A stretch of 64,000 nucleotides of DNA, taken from an uncultured Oscillospiraceae bacterium. GTDB lineage: Bacteria; Bacillota; Clostridia; Oscillospirales; Ruminococcaceae. Numbering within the stretch: position 1 is the stretch's first letter; each line of letters opens with the position of its first letter. Below are positions 1 through 9,834 of this stretch, piece after piece. The stretch lies in assembly GCA_964573335.1 (NCBI GenBank), contig CAZNJJ010000001.1:2003-66002 (forward strand). The letters are read 5' to 3'. Under the pieces are notes generated by a model. It had not been told where the DNA came from. It saw only the letters and a program-made list of their open reading frames with translations, and did no database searches. Both the position numbers and the translations under genes were made by a program.

Positions 1-19
1 TGATAGCTACCTTTTTCAA
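1..19 (-). CDS. 5' end of a gene running off the left edge (TTG-KKVAI...), product unknown
   Basis: Minus strand reads GGGGAG-7nt-TTG AAA AAG GTA GCT ATC; only 6 codons visible. Confidence 0.55.
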
Positions 20-47
20 AATAAAGCTCCCCTTTCTCTCAAATAAC

Positions 48-78
48 AAAACAAGCTGCGGATTTTTTCCGCAGCTTG
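48..78 (-). terminator. Intrinsic terminator/attenuator just upstream of the left-edge gene
   Basis: Perfect 10-bp stem caagctgcgg (52-61)/ccgcagcttg (69-78), 7-nt loop, U-rich tail on the minus strand. Confidence 0.75.
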
Positions 79-237
79 CAGTTATAGTCTGTTCATTTTG
101 CAGTTCGACAGGGATACAGTCACCTTGTCGGTGGAAAGGCGCAACAACGCGCAGTTATTTTGGCAGATGTCCCTGTGCAGCAAAAGATGTCGTTTAAGCA
201 AAAAAGCCACAGCAGTCCGCCCTCCCACAGCAATTAT
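48..237 (-). ncRNA. Candidate structured leader RNA (or 42-codon small ORF 82-210), unidentified
   Basis: Bounded by a sigma-A promoter and a terminator; alternative pairings present; no exact riboswitch consensus recognised. Confidence 0.35.
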
Positions 238-243
238 GTTATT

Positions 244-272
244 ATTTTAAACGATTCAATTTAAAAATTCAA
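244..272 (-). promoter_or_regulatory. sigma-A promoter TTGAAT-17-TAAAAT
   Basis: Plus strand attcaa 267-272 and atttta 244-249, 17-nt spacer. Confidence 0.6.
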
Positions 273-480
273 TGCTTTGCCGCCCAATAAAAAAAGATTG
301 TCTCCTCTATACACAAAGCATAATTTTTTTGCGGTTTTTTGAGCCAATTTAAACAACAAAATTTTCTATTCAAATTGAGAAAACGCAGGAATCTCCGTTC
401 AAGCCTTCAAAAACCGCTTTTCGGGTGATACTGCCCGCCTCTTTGGGAAATACTTATTCCGATAGGAATAGTGAAAACTT

Positions 481-507
481 TTAGCACTCTTTTATCGAGA
501 GTGCTAA
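481..507 (+). promoter_or_regulatory. CIRCE element (HrcA operator) upstream of clpB
   Basis: Exact TTAGCACTC-N9-GAGTGCTAA. Confidence 0.93.
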
Positions 508-611
508 AAGTTAATCGTTTGTTCACACATTTTATCAAAACAAGAGCTATAATCAAGTCGTAAAAAGAAATCAGAGCAATAAAAACACAATAAGTAAAGG
601 AGAGATTGTTT

Positions 612-3221
612 ATGAACAGCAGCAAATTCACCACCAAATCGGCAGAAGTAATAAACGCCGCGCAATCGCTCGCTTTGCAACATTCAAATACGCAAATCGA
701 GCAGGCGCATCTGCTTTACTCACTTCTCGCGCAGGAGGGCGGCTTTCTCCCGAGAGTTTTAAGCTCGGCGGGAGTGGATACAAAGTCGCTGATGACAGCG
801 ACGGAACAGCTTATAGAAAAGATGCCGAGCGTTTCCGGCCCCGGGCGCGAACCCGACAAGGTTTATATTTCGCATGATGTTGACCGCGCCCTTTCTGCCG
901 CCGAAAAATCAGCGGAACAGATGGGCGATGAGTACATCTCGGTAGAACACATTATGCTGGGGCTGATAGAACAGCCCGATTCCGCACTGAAAAGCCTTTT
1001 CAAGAGCTTTAAGGTGGATAAAAACAGTTTTCTCACAGCGCTCGCGCAGATTCGCGGAAACACCCGTGTCACCACCGACAATCCCGAATCCACCTACGAT
1101 GCCCTCAAAAAATACGGCTATGACCTGGTTGAGCGCGCCCGTCAAAATAAGCTCGACCCGGTTATCGGTCGTGACGACGAGATAAGAAACGTAATCCGCA
1201 TACTTTCACGTAAAACAAAGAACAACCCCTGCCTCATAGGCGAACCCGGTGTAGGCAAAACCGCCATAGCTGAGGGACTGGCGCAGAGAATACTCAAGGG
1301 AGATGTTCCCGAGTCGCTAAAAGACAAAACAGTGTTCTCGCTTGATATGGGCTCGCTTGTGGCGGGAGCAAAATACCGCGGCGAATTTGAAGAGCGATTG
1401 AAAGCGGTTCTAAACGAGGTAAAGGCGGCAAACGGCAGAATAATCCTGTTCATAGATGAATTGCACACGATAGTCGGTGCGGGCAAGACCGAAGGCTCAA
1501 TGGACGCCGGCAATCTGCTGAAACCTCTGCTTGCCCGCGGTGAACTGCACTGCATCGGCGCTACCACCCTCAACGAATACCGTCTCTATATTGAAAAAGA
1601 CCCCGCTCTCGAACGCCGTTTCCAGCCCGTTATGGTAAACCAGCCCTCGGTTGAGGATACAATAGCGATACTGCGTGGTCTGAAAGAGCGCTATGAGGTG
1701 TTCCACGGAGTCCGCATATCCGACCCCGCAATCATCGCGGCAGCAACACTTTCCGACCGATATATCACCGACAGATTCCTGCCCGACAAGGCTATCGACC
1801 TCATCGACGAGGCTTGTGCCATGCTCAGAACCGAAATCGACTCGATGCCCACCGAGATAGATGAGATTTCCCGAAAGATTATTCAGCACGAAATCGAGGA
1901 AGCCGCCCTCAAAAAGGAAACCGACACCGCTTCCAAGGAGCGGCTGGAGGATATTCAAAAGGAGCTTGCCCGCCTGCGCGACGAAATGAACGCCAAAAAA
2001 GCGCAGTGGGAGGAAGAAAAGAAGGCTATATCGGGCGTTCGGCAAATCAAAGAGGAAATAGAAAAGACCAACGCCCAAATCGAAACCGCCGAACGCAACT
2101 ACGACCTCAATCTCGCCGCAAAGCTCAAATACGGCACCCTCCCCGAGCTGCAAAAGAAACTCGAGACGGAAGAAGCCAAATCCGCGGCGGCAGGCGGCAC
2201 TAGCCTCCTGCGAGACCGTGTAACAGACGAGGAAATAGCCAAAATCGTCTCCCGCTGGACAGGTATTCCCATAACAAAGCTGGTTGAGGGAGAACGTGAA
2301 AAGCTGCTCGCCCTTCCCGATATACTTCATCACAGAGTAATGGGTCAGAATGAAGCGATAGAAAAGGTCAGCGAGGCTATTCTCCGTTCCCGCGCGGGAA
2401 TCTCCGACCCCGACCGTCCGATAGGCACATTCCTTTTCTTAGGTCCCACCGGTGTCGGCAAGACAGAGCTTGCCAAGGCACTTGCCGAATCGCTGTTTGA
2501 TGATGAGCGCAACATGGTGAGAATAGATATGAGCGAATATATGGAAAAGCACTCGGTATCCCGTCTTATCGGAGCGCCTCCCGGATATGTCGGCTACGAT
2601 GAGGGTGGTCAGCTCACCGAAGCGGTTCGCCGCAGACCCTATTCGGTGGTGCTGTTTGATGAAGCGGAAAAGGCTCACCCCGATGTGTTCAATATTCTGC
2701 TCCAGCTTTTCGATGACGGCAGAATAACCGATTCGCAGGGGCGGACAGTCGATTTCAAAAACACCATTGTAATAATGACCTCCAACCTCGGCTCCGATAT
2801 TCTGCTGGACTCGGTAAGTGAGAGCGGCACCGTCACCGAAGAAGCGAAAAGCGCCGTTCACGCCCTTTTGCAGCGCAGCTTCCGCCCCGAGTTTTTGAAC
2901 AGAATAGACGAAACGGTATTCTTTACACCTCTCGGCAGAAACGAGATAACCGGCATCACCGACCTGCTTATGAAGCGGCTGCAAAAGCGGCTTGAGGAGC
3001 GCAGAATAACAGTAACCCTCACCGACAGGGCAAAAGCCTATATCGCCGAAAACGGCTACGACCCCGCCTATGGTGCTCGTCCGCTGAGAAGATTTTTGCA
3101 ATCCGGAGTGGAAACCCCCGTCAGCCGTATGCTGATAGAGCAGGATATGCCGCAGGGCACCGTTATCACAGTCGATACCGGCGAAAGCGGTCTTGTTTTC
3201 AACAAAAAGCTACCCGAATAA
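612..3221 (+). CDS. clpB: ATP-dependent chaperone ClpB
   Basis: Clp N-domain, two AAA+ modules ([12 protein letters not shown]; GPTGVGKT), long coiled-coil M domain, no IGF loop; AAGGAG RBS before ATG 612. Confidence 0.97.
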   Translation: MNSSKFTTKSAEVINAAQSLALQHSNTQIEQAHLLYSLLAQEGGFLPRVLSSAGVDTKSLMTATEQLIEKMPSVSGPGREPDKVYISHDVDRALSAAEKSAEQMGDEYISVEHIMLGLIEQPDSALKSLFKSFKVDKNSFLTALAQIRGNTRVTTDNPESTYDALKKYGYDLVERARQNKLDPVIGRDDEIRNVIRILSRKTKNNPCLIGEPGVGKTAIAEGLAQRILKGDVPESLKDKTVFSLDMGSLVAGAKYRGEFEERLKAVLNEVKAANGRIILFIDELHTIVGAGKTEGSMDAGNLLKPLLARGELHCIGATTLNEYRLYIEKDPALERRFQPVMVNQPSVEDTIAILRGLKERYEVFHGVRISDPAIIAAATLSDRYITDRFLPDKAIDLIDEACAMLRTEIDSMPTEIDEISRKIIQHEIEEAALKKETDTASKERLEDIQKELARLRDEMNAKKAQWEEEKKAISGVRQIKEEIEKTNAQIETAERNYDLNLAAKLKYGTLPELQKKLETEEAKSAAAGGTSLLRDRVTDEEIAKIVSRWTGIPITKLVEGEREKLLALPDILHHRVMGQNEAIEKVSEAILRSRAGISDPDRPIGTFLFLGPTGVGKTELAKALAESLFDDERNMVRIDMSEYMEKHSVSRLIGAPPGYVGYDEGGQLTEAVRRRPYSVVLFDEAEKAHPDVFNILLQLFDDGRITDSQGRTVDFKNTIVIMTSNLGSDILLDSVSESGTVTEEAKSAVHALLQRSFRPEFLNRIDETVFFTPLGRNEITGITDLLMKRLQKRLEERRITVTLTDRAKAYIAENGYDPAYGARPLRRFLQSGVETPVSRMLIEQDMPQGTVITVDTGESGLVFNKKLPE

Positions 3222-3227
3222 CAATTT

Positions 3228-3259
3228 CAGCGTCCGATAGACATATCGGGCGCTGTTTT
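3228..3259 (+). terminator. Terminator after clpB
   Basis: cagcgtccgat/atcgggcgctg stem followed by TTTT. Confidence 0.75.
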
Positions 3260-3334
3260 GCTTTTATTCTCTCTTGTTTAGCGGTAAAAAGAGAGTTATA
3301 ATTATTTAAAAACCAACATTGGAGGAAGAGCAAC

Positions 3335-3754
3335 ATGAAAGACAACAACTGCGGATACTGTGTCCATGGCGAGCCGCTCGACGCATTCGGAATATACGTC
3401 TGCGAGCTTGGCGTAAGCTCTCTTGTGCTTTTTAAGGAGCAGAGCCACCTCGGTCGCTGCATCGTGGCATACAAAGACCATATCGGTGAGATAGTTGAGA
3501 TAAGCGAGGAGGAGCGCAACGCGTTTTTCGCCGATGTAAACCGCGTAGCAAAGGCGCTTCACGCCGCTTTCAAGCCCGACAAGGTAAACTACGGCGCATA
3601 CGGCGACACCGGCAGACATCTGCATTTCCACCTTGTTCCCAAATATCGTGACGGATTTGAGTGGGGCGGAACCTTTGAGATGAACCCCAAAAAGGTATTC
3701 CTCACCGATGAGCAGTATGCCGAGATAATCGAAAAGATAAAGGCAAACCTCTGA
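3335..3754 (+). CDS. HIT family nucleotide hydrolase
   Basis: HLHFHL histidine triad, N-terminal CxxC, GGAGG RBS. Confidence 0.92.
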   Translation: MKDNNCGYCVHGEPLDAFGIYVCELGVSSLVLFKEQSHLGRCIVAYKDHIGEIVEISEEERNAFFADVNRVAKALHAAFKPDKVNYGAYGDTGRHLHFHLVPKYRDGFEWGGTFEMNPKKVFLTDEQYAEIIEKIKANL

Positions 3755-3761
3755 TTTTTGC

Positions 3762-3808
3762 AAAAAACAACACCGCTGTGAAGAATTTTTCTCACGGCGG
3801 TGTTTTTT
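3762..3808. terminator. Bidirectional terminator between HIT and clpC-like gene
   Basis: aacaccgctgtga/tcacggcggtgtt stem flanked by A and T tracts. Confidence 0.8.
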
Positions 3809-3815
3809 GTATATT

Positions 3816-6110
3816 TCAAGCGGTAATCAGCTTCAACTCGTTGTTTTCCGCGGTGACGCTCACAAGCGTCGGGGGATTTTCCCCGCTTTGCAGCAGCAGC
3901 TCGGTGAGCTTGTCCTCCACCTCGCGGCGAATAACCCGTCTCACGGCGCGCGCGCCCGATTTTTCGCCAAACGACTTTTCGGCGATAAGCGCGGTTGCCT
4001 TGTCGTCATAGCCGAAGGTTATCTTTCTGTCGGAAAGAGGTGCTTTCAGCTCGTTGAGCATAAGAGCGGCGATTGCGGAAAAATCCTGCTCGGTGAGGCT
4101 GTTGAAAACAACTATCTCGTCGATTCTCGCCAAAAACTCGGGTCGGAGAAAATCGGAAAGCGCTTTCATCACCTTTTCGCGGGAAAGGTCGCTCTCGGTC
4201 TTTTCAAATCCGAGAATACCTCCTCTGATGTTGGAACCCGCGTTGGAAGTCATTACGATAACGGTATTCTCAAAGGAAACCACTCTCCCCTGAGAATCGG
4301 TTATTCTGCCCTCATCGAGAATTTGCAGCAGGATATTCAGCACATCGGGGTGAGCCTTTTCTATCTCGTCAAACAGCACCACGGAATAGGGCTTTCTCCT
4401 CACCTTTTCGGTGAGCTGACCCGCTTCGTCATATCCCACATATCCGGGCGGGGAACCTACCAGACGGGAAACGGTGTGCTTTTCCATATATTCGCTCATA
4501 TCCACACGAATCAGCGGGTCAACCGAGTCGAAAAGCTCCATCGCAAGCCGTTTTACCAGCTCGGTTTTGCCGACTCCGGTGGGACCGACAAATATAAAGG
4601 AAGCGGGGCGCTTTTTGTCGGAAAGCTGTATTCTTGTGCGGCGAACGGCATCTGCCACCAAATCAACGGCGTTATCCTGTCCGATAACCTGTTTTTTGAG
4701 CCGTTCTGCAAGGTCAGCCACCTTGGAAAACTCCGACTGCTTTATCTTAGTCGCCGGTATCCCCGTCCACAGCTCGATAACCCTCGCCAAATCGTCTACC
4801 GTGACAGTTCTGCCGAGAGCCTTAGGTTCAAGCTCCTTTATCACCGCTTCCAAACGGAGTTTTTCGCTGCGAACCTCCGCCAAGCGGGCAAAATCGGTGT
4901 CGCTCGACTGCGAAAGCTCGCTCTCCTCCTCGGAAAGCGCCTTATATTCGCGGTTTTTCTTTTCGTATTCGTACAAATCGACGTTATCCAGCGTAGAACA
5001 GGAGCAGGCTTCATCAAGCAGGTCTATCGCCTTATCGGGGAGAAATCTGTCGGTGATATACCGCTCGCTCATAGTCACCGCACGGCGGATTATATCCTCC
5101 GGCACGCTCACCTGATGAAATTCCTCATAGTAGCGCTTTATTCCCATGAGAATTTCGGCAGTCTCCTCGACAGAAGGCTCATTCACCTTTACCGGCTGGA
5201 ATCTTCTCTCGAGAGCGGCGTCCTTTTCGATATGCTTTCGGTATTCGGTAAAGGTTGTCGCGCCGATAACCTGTATCTCCCCGCGGGAAAGCGCCGGTTT
5301 AAGGATATTTGCGGCATTCATCGAGCCTTCGGCATCACCCGCTCCGATGAGGTTATGCACCTCGTCGATAAAGAGAATGACATTCCCCGCCGATTTCACG
5401 TCTTCCACAAGACCCTTTACACGGCTCTCAAACTGACCGCGAAACTGCGTTCCCGCGACAAGTGCCGTCAAATCCAGCAGATAAAGCTCCTTGTCGGCAA
5501 GGCGGGGCGGAACATCGCCAGACGCGAGCCGCTGTGCTATTCCCTCGGCTATTGCGGTTTTGCCGACACCAGGCTCACCTATCAGACAGGGATTGTTTTT
5601 CTGGCGGCGGTTGAGTATCTGCATCACGCGGTATATCTCGCTGTCTCGCCCGATGATGTTATCTATCCTGCCGTTTTTAGCCTTTTCGGTGAGATTTTCG
5701 CAGTATCCGTCGAGGAATTTCCGCTTCTTTTTGGGAGCATCGGATTTTTTCTCGCTCTTTTTGTCGCCGGTCGATTTCTGCTCCGTTATCTCTGCCGGTT
5801 CATTGCGTTTTTTCTCATCGGGAGAGGTCATTGAGGTGACAAAGTTCTGCAAAAAGCTCGGAAAAGGCATCGCGCCGCCCAGCTCAAAGCTGTCGTCATC
5901 GCCGCCGAGCATTTCGCCCATCTGCTCGGAAATGTTGTCAACGTCCTCGTCGCTCACCCCGAACTTTTCCATCATTTCGGTCACCTGAGGAATACCAAGC
6001 TCTTTAGCGCATTTGAGGCAGTAACCCTCGCTCACCTGCTTGCCATCCTCGATTTTGCTGATATAAACTATCGCCATTCGTTTTTTGCACCGACTGCAAA
6101 TCATATCCAT
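3816..6110 (-). CDS. clpC: ATP-dependent Clp protease ATP-binding subunit (ClpC/ClpE-like, N-terminal Zn ribbon)
   Basis: CSRC...CLKC N-terminus, two AAA+ modules, LGF ClpP-docking loop (GILGFEK). Confidence 0.88.
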   Translation of the reverse strand: MDMICSRCKKRMAIVYISKIEDGKQVSEGYCLKCAKELGIPQVTEMMEKFGVSDEDVDNISEQMGEMLGGDDDSFELGGAMPFPSFLQNFVTSMTSPDEKKRNEPAEITEQKSTGDKKSEKKSDAPKKKRKFLDGYCENLTEKAKNGRIDNIIGRDSEIYRVMQILNRRQKNNPCLIGEPGVGKTAIAEGIAQRLASGDVPPRLADKELYLLDLTALVAGTQFRGQFESRVKGLVEDVKSAGNVILFIDEVHNLIGAGDAEGSMNAANILKPALSRGEIQVIGATTFTEYRKHIEKDAALERRFQPVKVNEPSVEETAEILMGIKRYYEEFHQVSVPEDIIRRAVTMSERYITDRFLPDKAIDLLDEACSCSTLDNVDLYEYEKKNREYKALSEEESELSQSSDTDFARLAEVRSEKLRLEAVIKELEPKALGRTVTVDDLARVIELWTGIPATKIKQSEFSKVADLAERLKKQVIGQDNAVDLVADAVRRTRIQLSDKKRPASFIFVGPTGVGKTELVKRLAMELFDSVDPLIRVDMSEYMEKHTVSRLVGSPPGYVGYDEAGQLTEKVRRKPYSVVLFDEIEKAHPDVLNILLQILDEGRITDSQGRVVSFENTVIVMTSNAGSNIRGGILGFEKTESDLSREKVMKALSDFLRPEFLARIDEIVVFNSLTEQDFSAIAALMLNELKAPLSDRKITFGYDDKATALIAEKSFGEKSGARAVRRVIRREVEDKLTELLLQSGENPPTLVSVTAENNELKLITA

Positions 6111-6138
6111 CAAAGCTCACCTCTAAACTTCACTTTTG

Positions 6139-6873
6139 TCAGCGGATAATATCCGCCGTCATTTCCGCCCACGGACCTATATCATAAAAATGCTTAAAAA
6201 GCAGTGTTTCGTCTATCGCTTTTTCGCTGACGGGGCCTATCTCACCGCCCGATGCCGAAAGCATCAGCCAGAGAACCGCCGCCAAAACGAATACATATAA
6301 CATTCCCTGCACAGCTCCCATCACTCCGCCGAGAACCTCGTTTACGGTTCCGATGAGCGGCAGGTGGTTTACCCCCTTTAAAAATGCCGCAACAATGTTG
6401 ACTATCAGCATCAGCGACAAAAACAGAACAAAAAATGTCAAAACCCGCAAAAGTCCTACGGCAATAGGTTCAACTATAATCTCCTCAACGGCAGAAGCTA
6501 TATCTTCCACACTTGCGGCGGCTATCTTATCATACCATTTTTCGATATTCAAGCCGAATCCGCTTTGCAGCATTCCCGAAATGACAGACGGAAGCTCGTT
6601 TATCAGGCTGTCCATATTTCTCGAAAAGCTCGCCATGTCCCCTATGGTAACTCCGCTCATGTGGCGGGATACCACCTCACCGACCTTTTCCGATATACAG
6701 TTGTCATAAACAAAGCGGGCTATCGGAGAACTGAGGGTCAGCGATACTATCAGCGAAGCTATCGTTCCGAAAAGCATTGTGATGGTATTCAAAAAGCCCT
6801 TTCTGTATGCCGAAACGGCAAAAATAACTATTATCAGAGCGGTAATACCGTCTATTGCCCATGGCATTGTCAA
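6139..6873 (-). CDS. CvpA family membrane protein
   Basis: AYRKGFL after TM1 and NEVLGGVMGAVQG motif; multiple TM helices. Confidence 0.8.
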   Translation of the reverse strand: MTMPWAIDGITALIIVIFAVSAYRKGFLNTITMLFGTIASLIVSLTLSSPIARFVYDNCISEKVGEVVSRHMSGVTIGDMASFSRNMDSLINELPSVISGMLQSGFGLNIEKWYDKIAAASVEDIASAVEEIIVEPIAVGLLRVLTFFVLFLSLMLIVNIVAAFLKGVNHLPLIGTVNEVLGGVMGAVQGMLYVFVLAAVLWLMLSASGGEIGPVSEKAIDETLLFKHFYDIGPWAEMTADIIR

Positions 6874-6898
6874 AACCACTTCCTTTCAAAGCTGTGCT

Positions 6899-8056
6899 TC
6901 ATTTTATTGAAGTGCGATTTATCTGGTGCATTGTTGCGTAATAAAGCTGATTTTTTATCGGAACAGCCGTCAAAGCCTCCGGTGTCTCGGTGGAAGCGGC
7001 TTTTTTCATATCCGCGTCAAATCTTATCACACGTTCTCCAACAAACGCAAGAACGTTTTCTTCGTAGAGAAAAATGCTGATAACATCACGGTCGATAGTG
7101 GTTTCTCCGGTGACAGCACCGTTTTTATCTAATTTTACCACCTTCAGCTCATGATTTGAGCTGTAATCTCCTATCGCGGCGGCAATTCCGCCCTTCGGCA
7201 GAATATCAAAGGCGGCTATTCCCTCTCCCTCGCAGCAATATTCGTTTCTCAGCTTGCCCGCGTGGGAAAATGCGTATATTCCCTCGGTGGTTACGGTGTT
7301 TATGCTTCCGTCGTCAAGCAGTCTGAGTCCGAGCAGCATTTCGTCGTTTAGGGTAACAAGAAATTTTTGGCTTCCGTCCGAAAGTCCGAACACCTCCACG
7401 ACAGAATCAAGTGTTCCCTCGTCGAGCTGTATTCCGCCTACGGCAACCGAGCCGGATTCGAGATTGAGCGAGAGGGAATATATCATTCGCTCGGCGGATA
7501 CCCACCAAAACTGCCTGCTGTAATTGGAGTCGTAAACCACTACCTGCGCCTGCGCGCCCTGCGCGCCGGTGGCGACCGCAAAAGCGCCGTTTTCGGCAAT
7601 ATCGGCTGTGAATATCGGGTATTCAAAGGTGTGAGAAAAGATAACAGTGTCGCCCGAGCGTATCTTTATGTCACAGCCACCCAGCTTGTAGGTCATAAGA
7701 TACCGCCCCGCGCTGACCGCTACAATGTCATCTGCGGCAGAATGTGATTCTATCACGCGGTTGCCCGCCTTGTTGTAGACTGACAGACCGTTTTCGGTGA
7801 TAAGCACCGCGCGGCTCCCGACAGAGGAAAGCTGAACCGGACGGGAATCTATCACTATCGGATAGCCGGTCTGGTCTATCAGCATGGCAATGCTGTCCGA
7901 AAGCAGCACCCCAAATCCCTGTGAGGCTATATCCACTCTGAAAGCGTAAAGCAATATTATCAGGGCGGAAACTGTTATAACGGCAAACAGTCTTTTTACG
8001 GTTTTCAAAAAGCCGTGTTTTTTTCTTGCGGATTCAAAATCGGTGGTGTTGCCCAA
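6899..8056 (-). CDS. Membrane-anchored beta-propeller-like protein (DUF5711-like)
   Basis: Single N-terminal TM then beta-rich repeats; usual neighbour of CvpA in Clostridia (recalled, not searched). Confidence 0.6.
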   Translation of the reverse strand: MGNTTDFESARKKHGFLKTVKRLFAVITVSALIILLYAFRVDIASQGFGVLLSDSIAMLIDQTGYPIVIDSRPVQLSSVGSRAVLITENGLSVYNKAGNRVIESHSAADDIVAVSAGRYLMTYKLGGCDIKIRSGDTVIFSHTFEYPIFTADIAENGAFAVATGAQGAQAQVVVYDSNYSRQFWWVSAERMIYSLSLNLESGSVAVGGIQLDEGTLDSVVEVFGLSDGSQKFLVTLNDEMLLGLRLLDDGSINTVTTEGIYAFSHAGKLRNEYCCEGEGIAAFDILPKGGIAAAIGDYSSNHELKVVKLDKNGAVTGETTIDRDVISIFLYEENVLAFVGERVIRFDADMKKAASTETPEALTAVPIKNQLYYATMHQINRTSIK

Positions 8057-8074
8057 CAGTCTCCCCCCTTTTTC

Positions 8075-8815
8075 TCAATAGAACACTTCTTCCAGCATCA
8101 AGCCCTGCGGCGGTGCGGTGGTTCCCGCCAGGGCACGGTCGCCGGAAAGGATTATTTCGGGTATGCTGTCCGGCTCAATCGCGCCTTTTGCGATGTCGAG
8201 CAGTGTTCCCGCCATTATCCTTACCATGTTATACAAAAATCCGTCTCCGCAGACGGTAAACTCTATCATATCGGATTTTCTTACCACCGAGCAGGAATAG
8301 ATTGTTCTCACGGTATCTTCCATAACGGTTCCGCTGTTTTGAAACGCCTTGAAATCATGCGTTCCCACAAAGCTCTGCGCCTGCTGGTTCAAAAAGTCGG
8401 CGTTTATATCTCTCGGATAGGGACAGTGCAGTGAGAATCCCTCAAAAAACGGGTCGCGAATATCGCGATTGAGTATTCGATAGCAATAGCGCTTTCCCTT
8501 TGAGGAATAACGCGCGTGAAAATCCTCCTCCACCTCCCGACAGGAAAGGGCGGCTATCGTTTTCGGCAGCTTGGTGTTCAGCGCGATAACCAGCTTTTCG
8601 CAGGGAATGGCGCAAGCCGTTTTAAAGGAAACACAGTATTGCCGCGCGCTCACCCCCGAATCGGTTCTGGAACAGCCTTTCACATCGGGGCGCTGCTTTA
8701 TCACAGCCTGCAAAGCGTCCTGGAACGTCTCCATCACAGTCGGCGCGTTTTTCTGCACCTGCCAGCCGTGAAAGGCACGACCGTCAAATCGTATAGTCAC
8801 AAGAAGATTTCTCAA
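8075..8815 (-). CDS. truA: tRNA pseudouridine(38-40) synthase TruA
   Basis: FDGRAFHGWQVQ, SRTDSGV catalytic Asp, GFLYNMVRI, TAPPQGL; TTG start after AGGTG. Confidence 0.96.
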   Translation of the reverse strand: MRNLLVTIRFDGRAFHGWQVQKNAPTVMETFQDALQAVIKQRPDVKGCSRTDSGVSARQYCVSFKTACAIPCEKLVIALNTKLPKTIAALSCREVEEDFHARYSSKGKRYCYRILNRDIRDPFFEGFSLHCPYPRDINADFLNQQAQSFVGTHDFKAFQNSGTVMEDTVRTIYSCSVVRKSDMIEFTVCGDGFLYNMVRIMAGTLLDIAKGAIEPDSIPEIILSGDRALAGTTAPPQGLMLEEVFY

Positions 8816-8845
8816 AGCTCTCACCTGCCCTGTTCGGGGAAAATG

Positions 8846-8966
8846 TTGAGGGTAACTTTTGAAAAAAGTTCCCCTCAAACTCCCCTTAAAACTTTTTATT
8901 CTGCCGACTTATAGATGTGATTTTACTAAAAACACTTCAGCTTTTCTATCCGCAAAGCAGTCGGCA
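8846..8966. repeat. REP-like double-hairpin intergenic element
   Basis: ttgagggtaactttt-gaa-aaaagttcccctcaa (14/15 bp) plus tgccgact (8902-8909)/agtcggca (8959-8966). Confidence 0.5.
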
Positions 8967-9021
8967 ACACAAATTTTTTTGCCTCGCTTTAAAAAGCGGG
9001 CGTGCTTATCCCTGTTCCAGC

Positions 9022-9834
9022 TCAATAAGCGGAGGGCAGGATAAAATTCAGCGCGATTATCACCGCGAGCAGAGCCAGCGAAATCATAAGCGCCAACCGG
9101 TCTTTATTGCTGTAACTGAGCTGTTTCATTCTGGTTCTGCCCTCGCCGCCGTGATAACAGCGACATTCCATTGCGAGGGCAAGCTCATCAGCCCTGCGAA
9201 AAGAAGAAACAAATAGCGGAATCAGTATCGGAATGAGCGCTTTTGCCCTGTCAATCAGTCCGCCCGATTCCATATCCGCGCCGCGAGCCTTCTGCGCCGA
9301 CATTATCTTGTCGGTCTCCTCTATCAGAGTCGGGATAAATCTCAGGGCTATCGTCATCATCATGGCAAGCTCATGAACAGGCACACCAACCTTTTTCAGC
9401 GGGTCCAAAAGCCGCTCGATAGCGTCTGTCAGCGAAATGGGAGAGGTGGTGTAGGTCAAGAGCGATGTTCCCGCGATAAGGCAGATTATTCTCACCACCA
9501 TCAGCAGTGCCAGCATAACGCCCTCTTTGGTGACAGAGAATACCCACAGCTTGAATATCGGTGTTCCGTCCACAAAAAACATATTGAGAACTGCGGTGAA
9601 AACGATTATCGGAATAACAGGCTTTAAGCTCCTCTTTACCAGATTGAGCGAAATGCCGGAAACGAGATACCCCGCCACCGAAAATGCGGCGCAAAGCAGC
9701 AAGCCCACCAGATTTGAGGTGACAAAGAGCGCCACTATAAATATCATTGTCATGATTATCTTCATTCTCGGGTCGAGCTTGTGGACAACCGATTCTCCCG
9801 GGAAAAACTGACCTATCGTAATATCTTTAAGCAT
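9022..9834 (-). CDS. ecfT: ECF transporter transmembrane subunit EcfT
   Basis: LDPRMK, ALRFIPTL, AQKARG and AMECRCY motifs. Confidence 0.95.
   Translation of the reverse strand: MLKDITIGQFFPGESVVHKLDPRMKIIMTMIFIVALFVTSNLVGLLLCAAFSVAGYLVSGISLNLVKRSLKPVIPIIVFTAVLNMFFVDGTPIFKLWVFSVTKEGVMLALLMVVRIICLIAGTSLLTYTTSPISLTDAIERLLDPLKKVGVPVHELAMMMTIALRFIPTLIEETDKIMSAQKARGADMESGGLIDRAKALIPILIPLFVSSFRRADELALAMECRCYHGGEGRTRMKQLSYSNKDRLALMISLALLAVIIALNFILPSAY

Noticed and set aside
407-637. 76-aa minus-strand ORF overlapping the clpB promoter
   Set aside because: AT-rich low-complexity product, overlaps the CIRCE box and clpB start, no RBS
3807-5834. 675-aa plus-strand ORF and other long antisense ORFs (e.g. 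12896-14026, 42762-43958, 48385-49515, 52997-54055, 59153-60154)
   Set aside because: Each lies opposite a well-supported gene, has no RBS or family motifs, and is explained by codon bias suppressing stops on the antisense strand
8816-8878. N-terminal extensions in the ORF track (truA, also ecfA2, gntR, livJ, nnrD, ansA and others)
   Set aside because: RBS-supported starts and family N-termini lie downstream; the extensions run through intergenic hairpins or promoters
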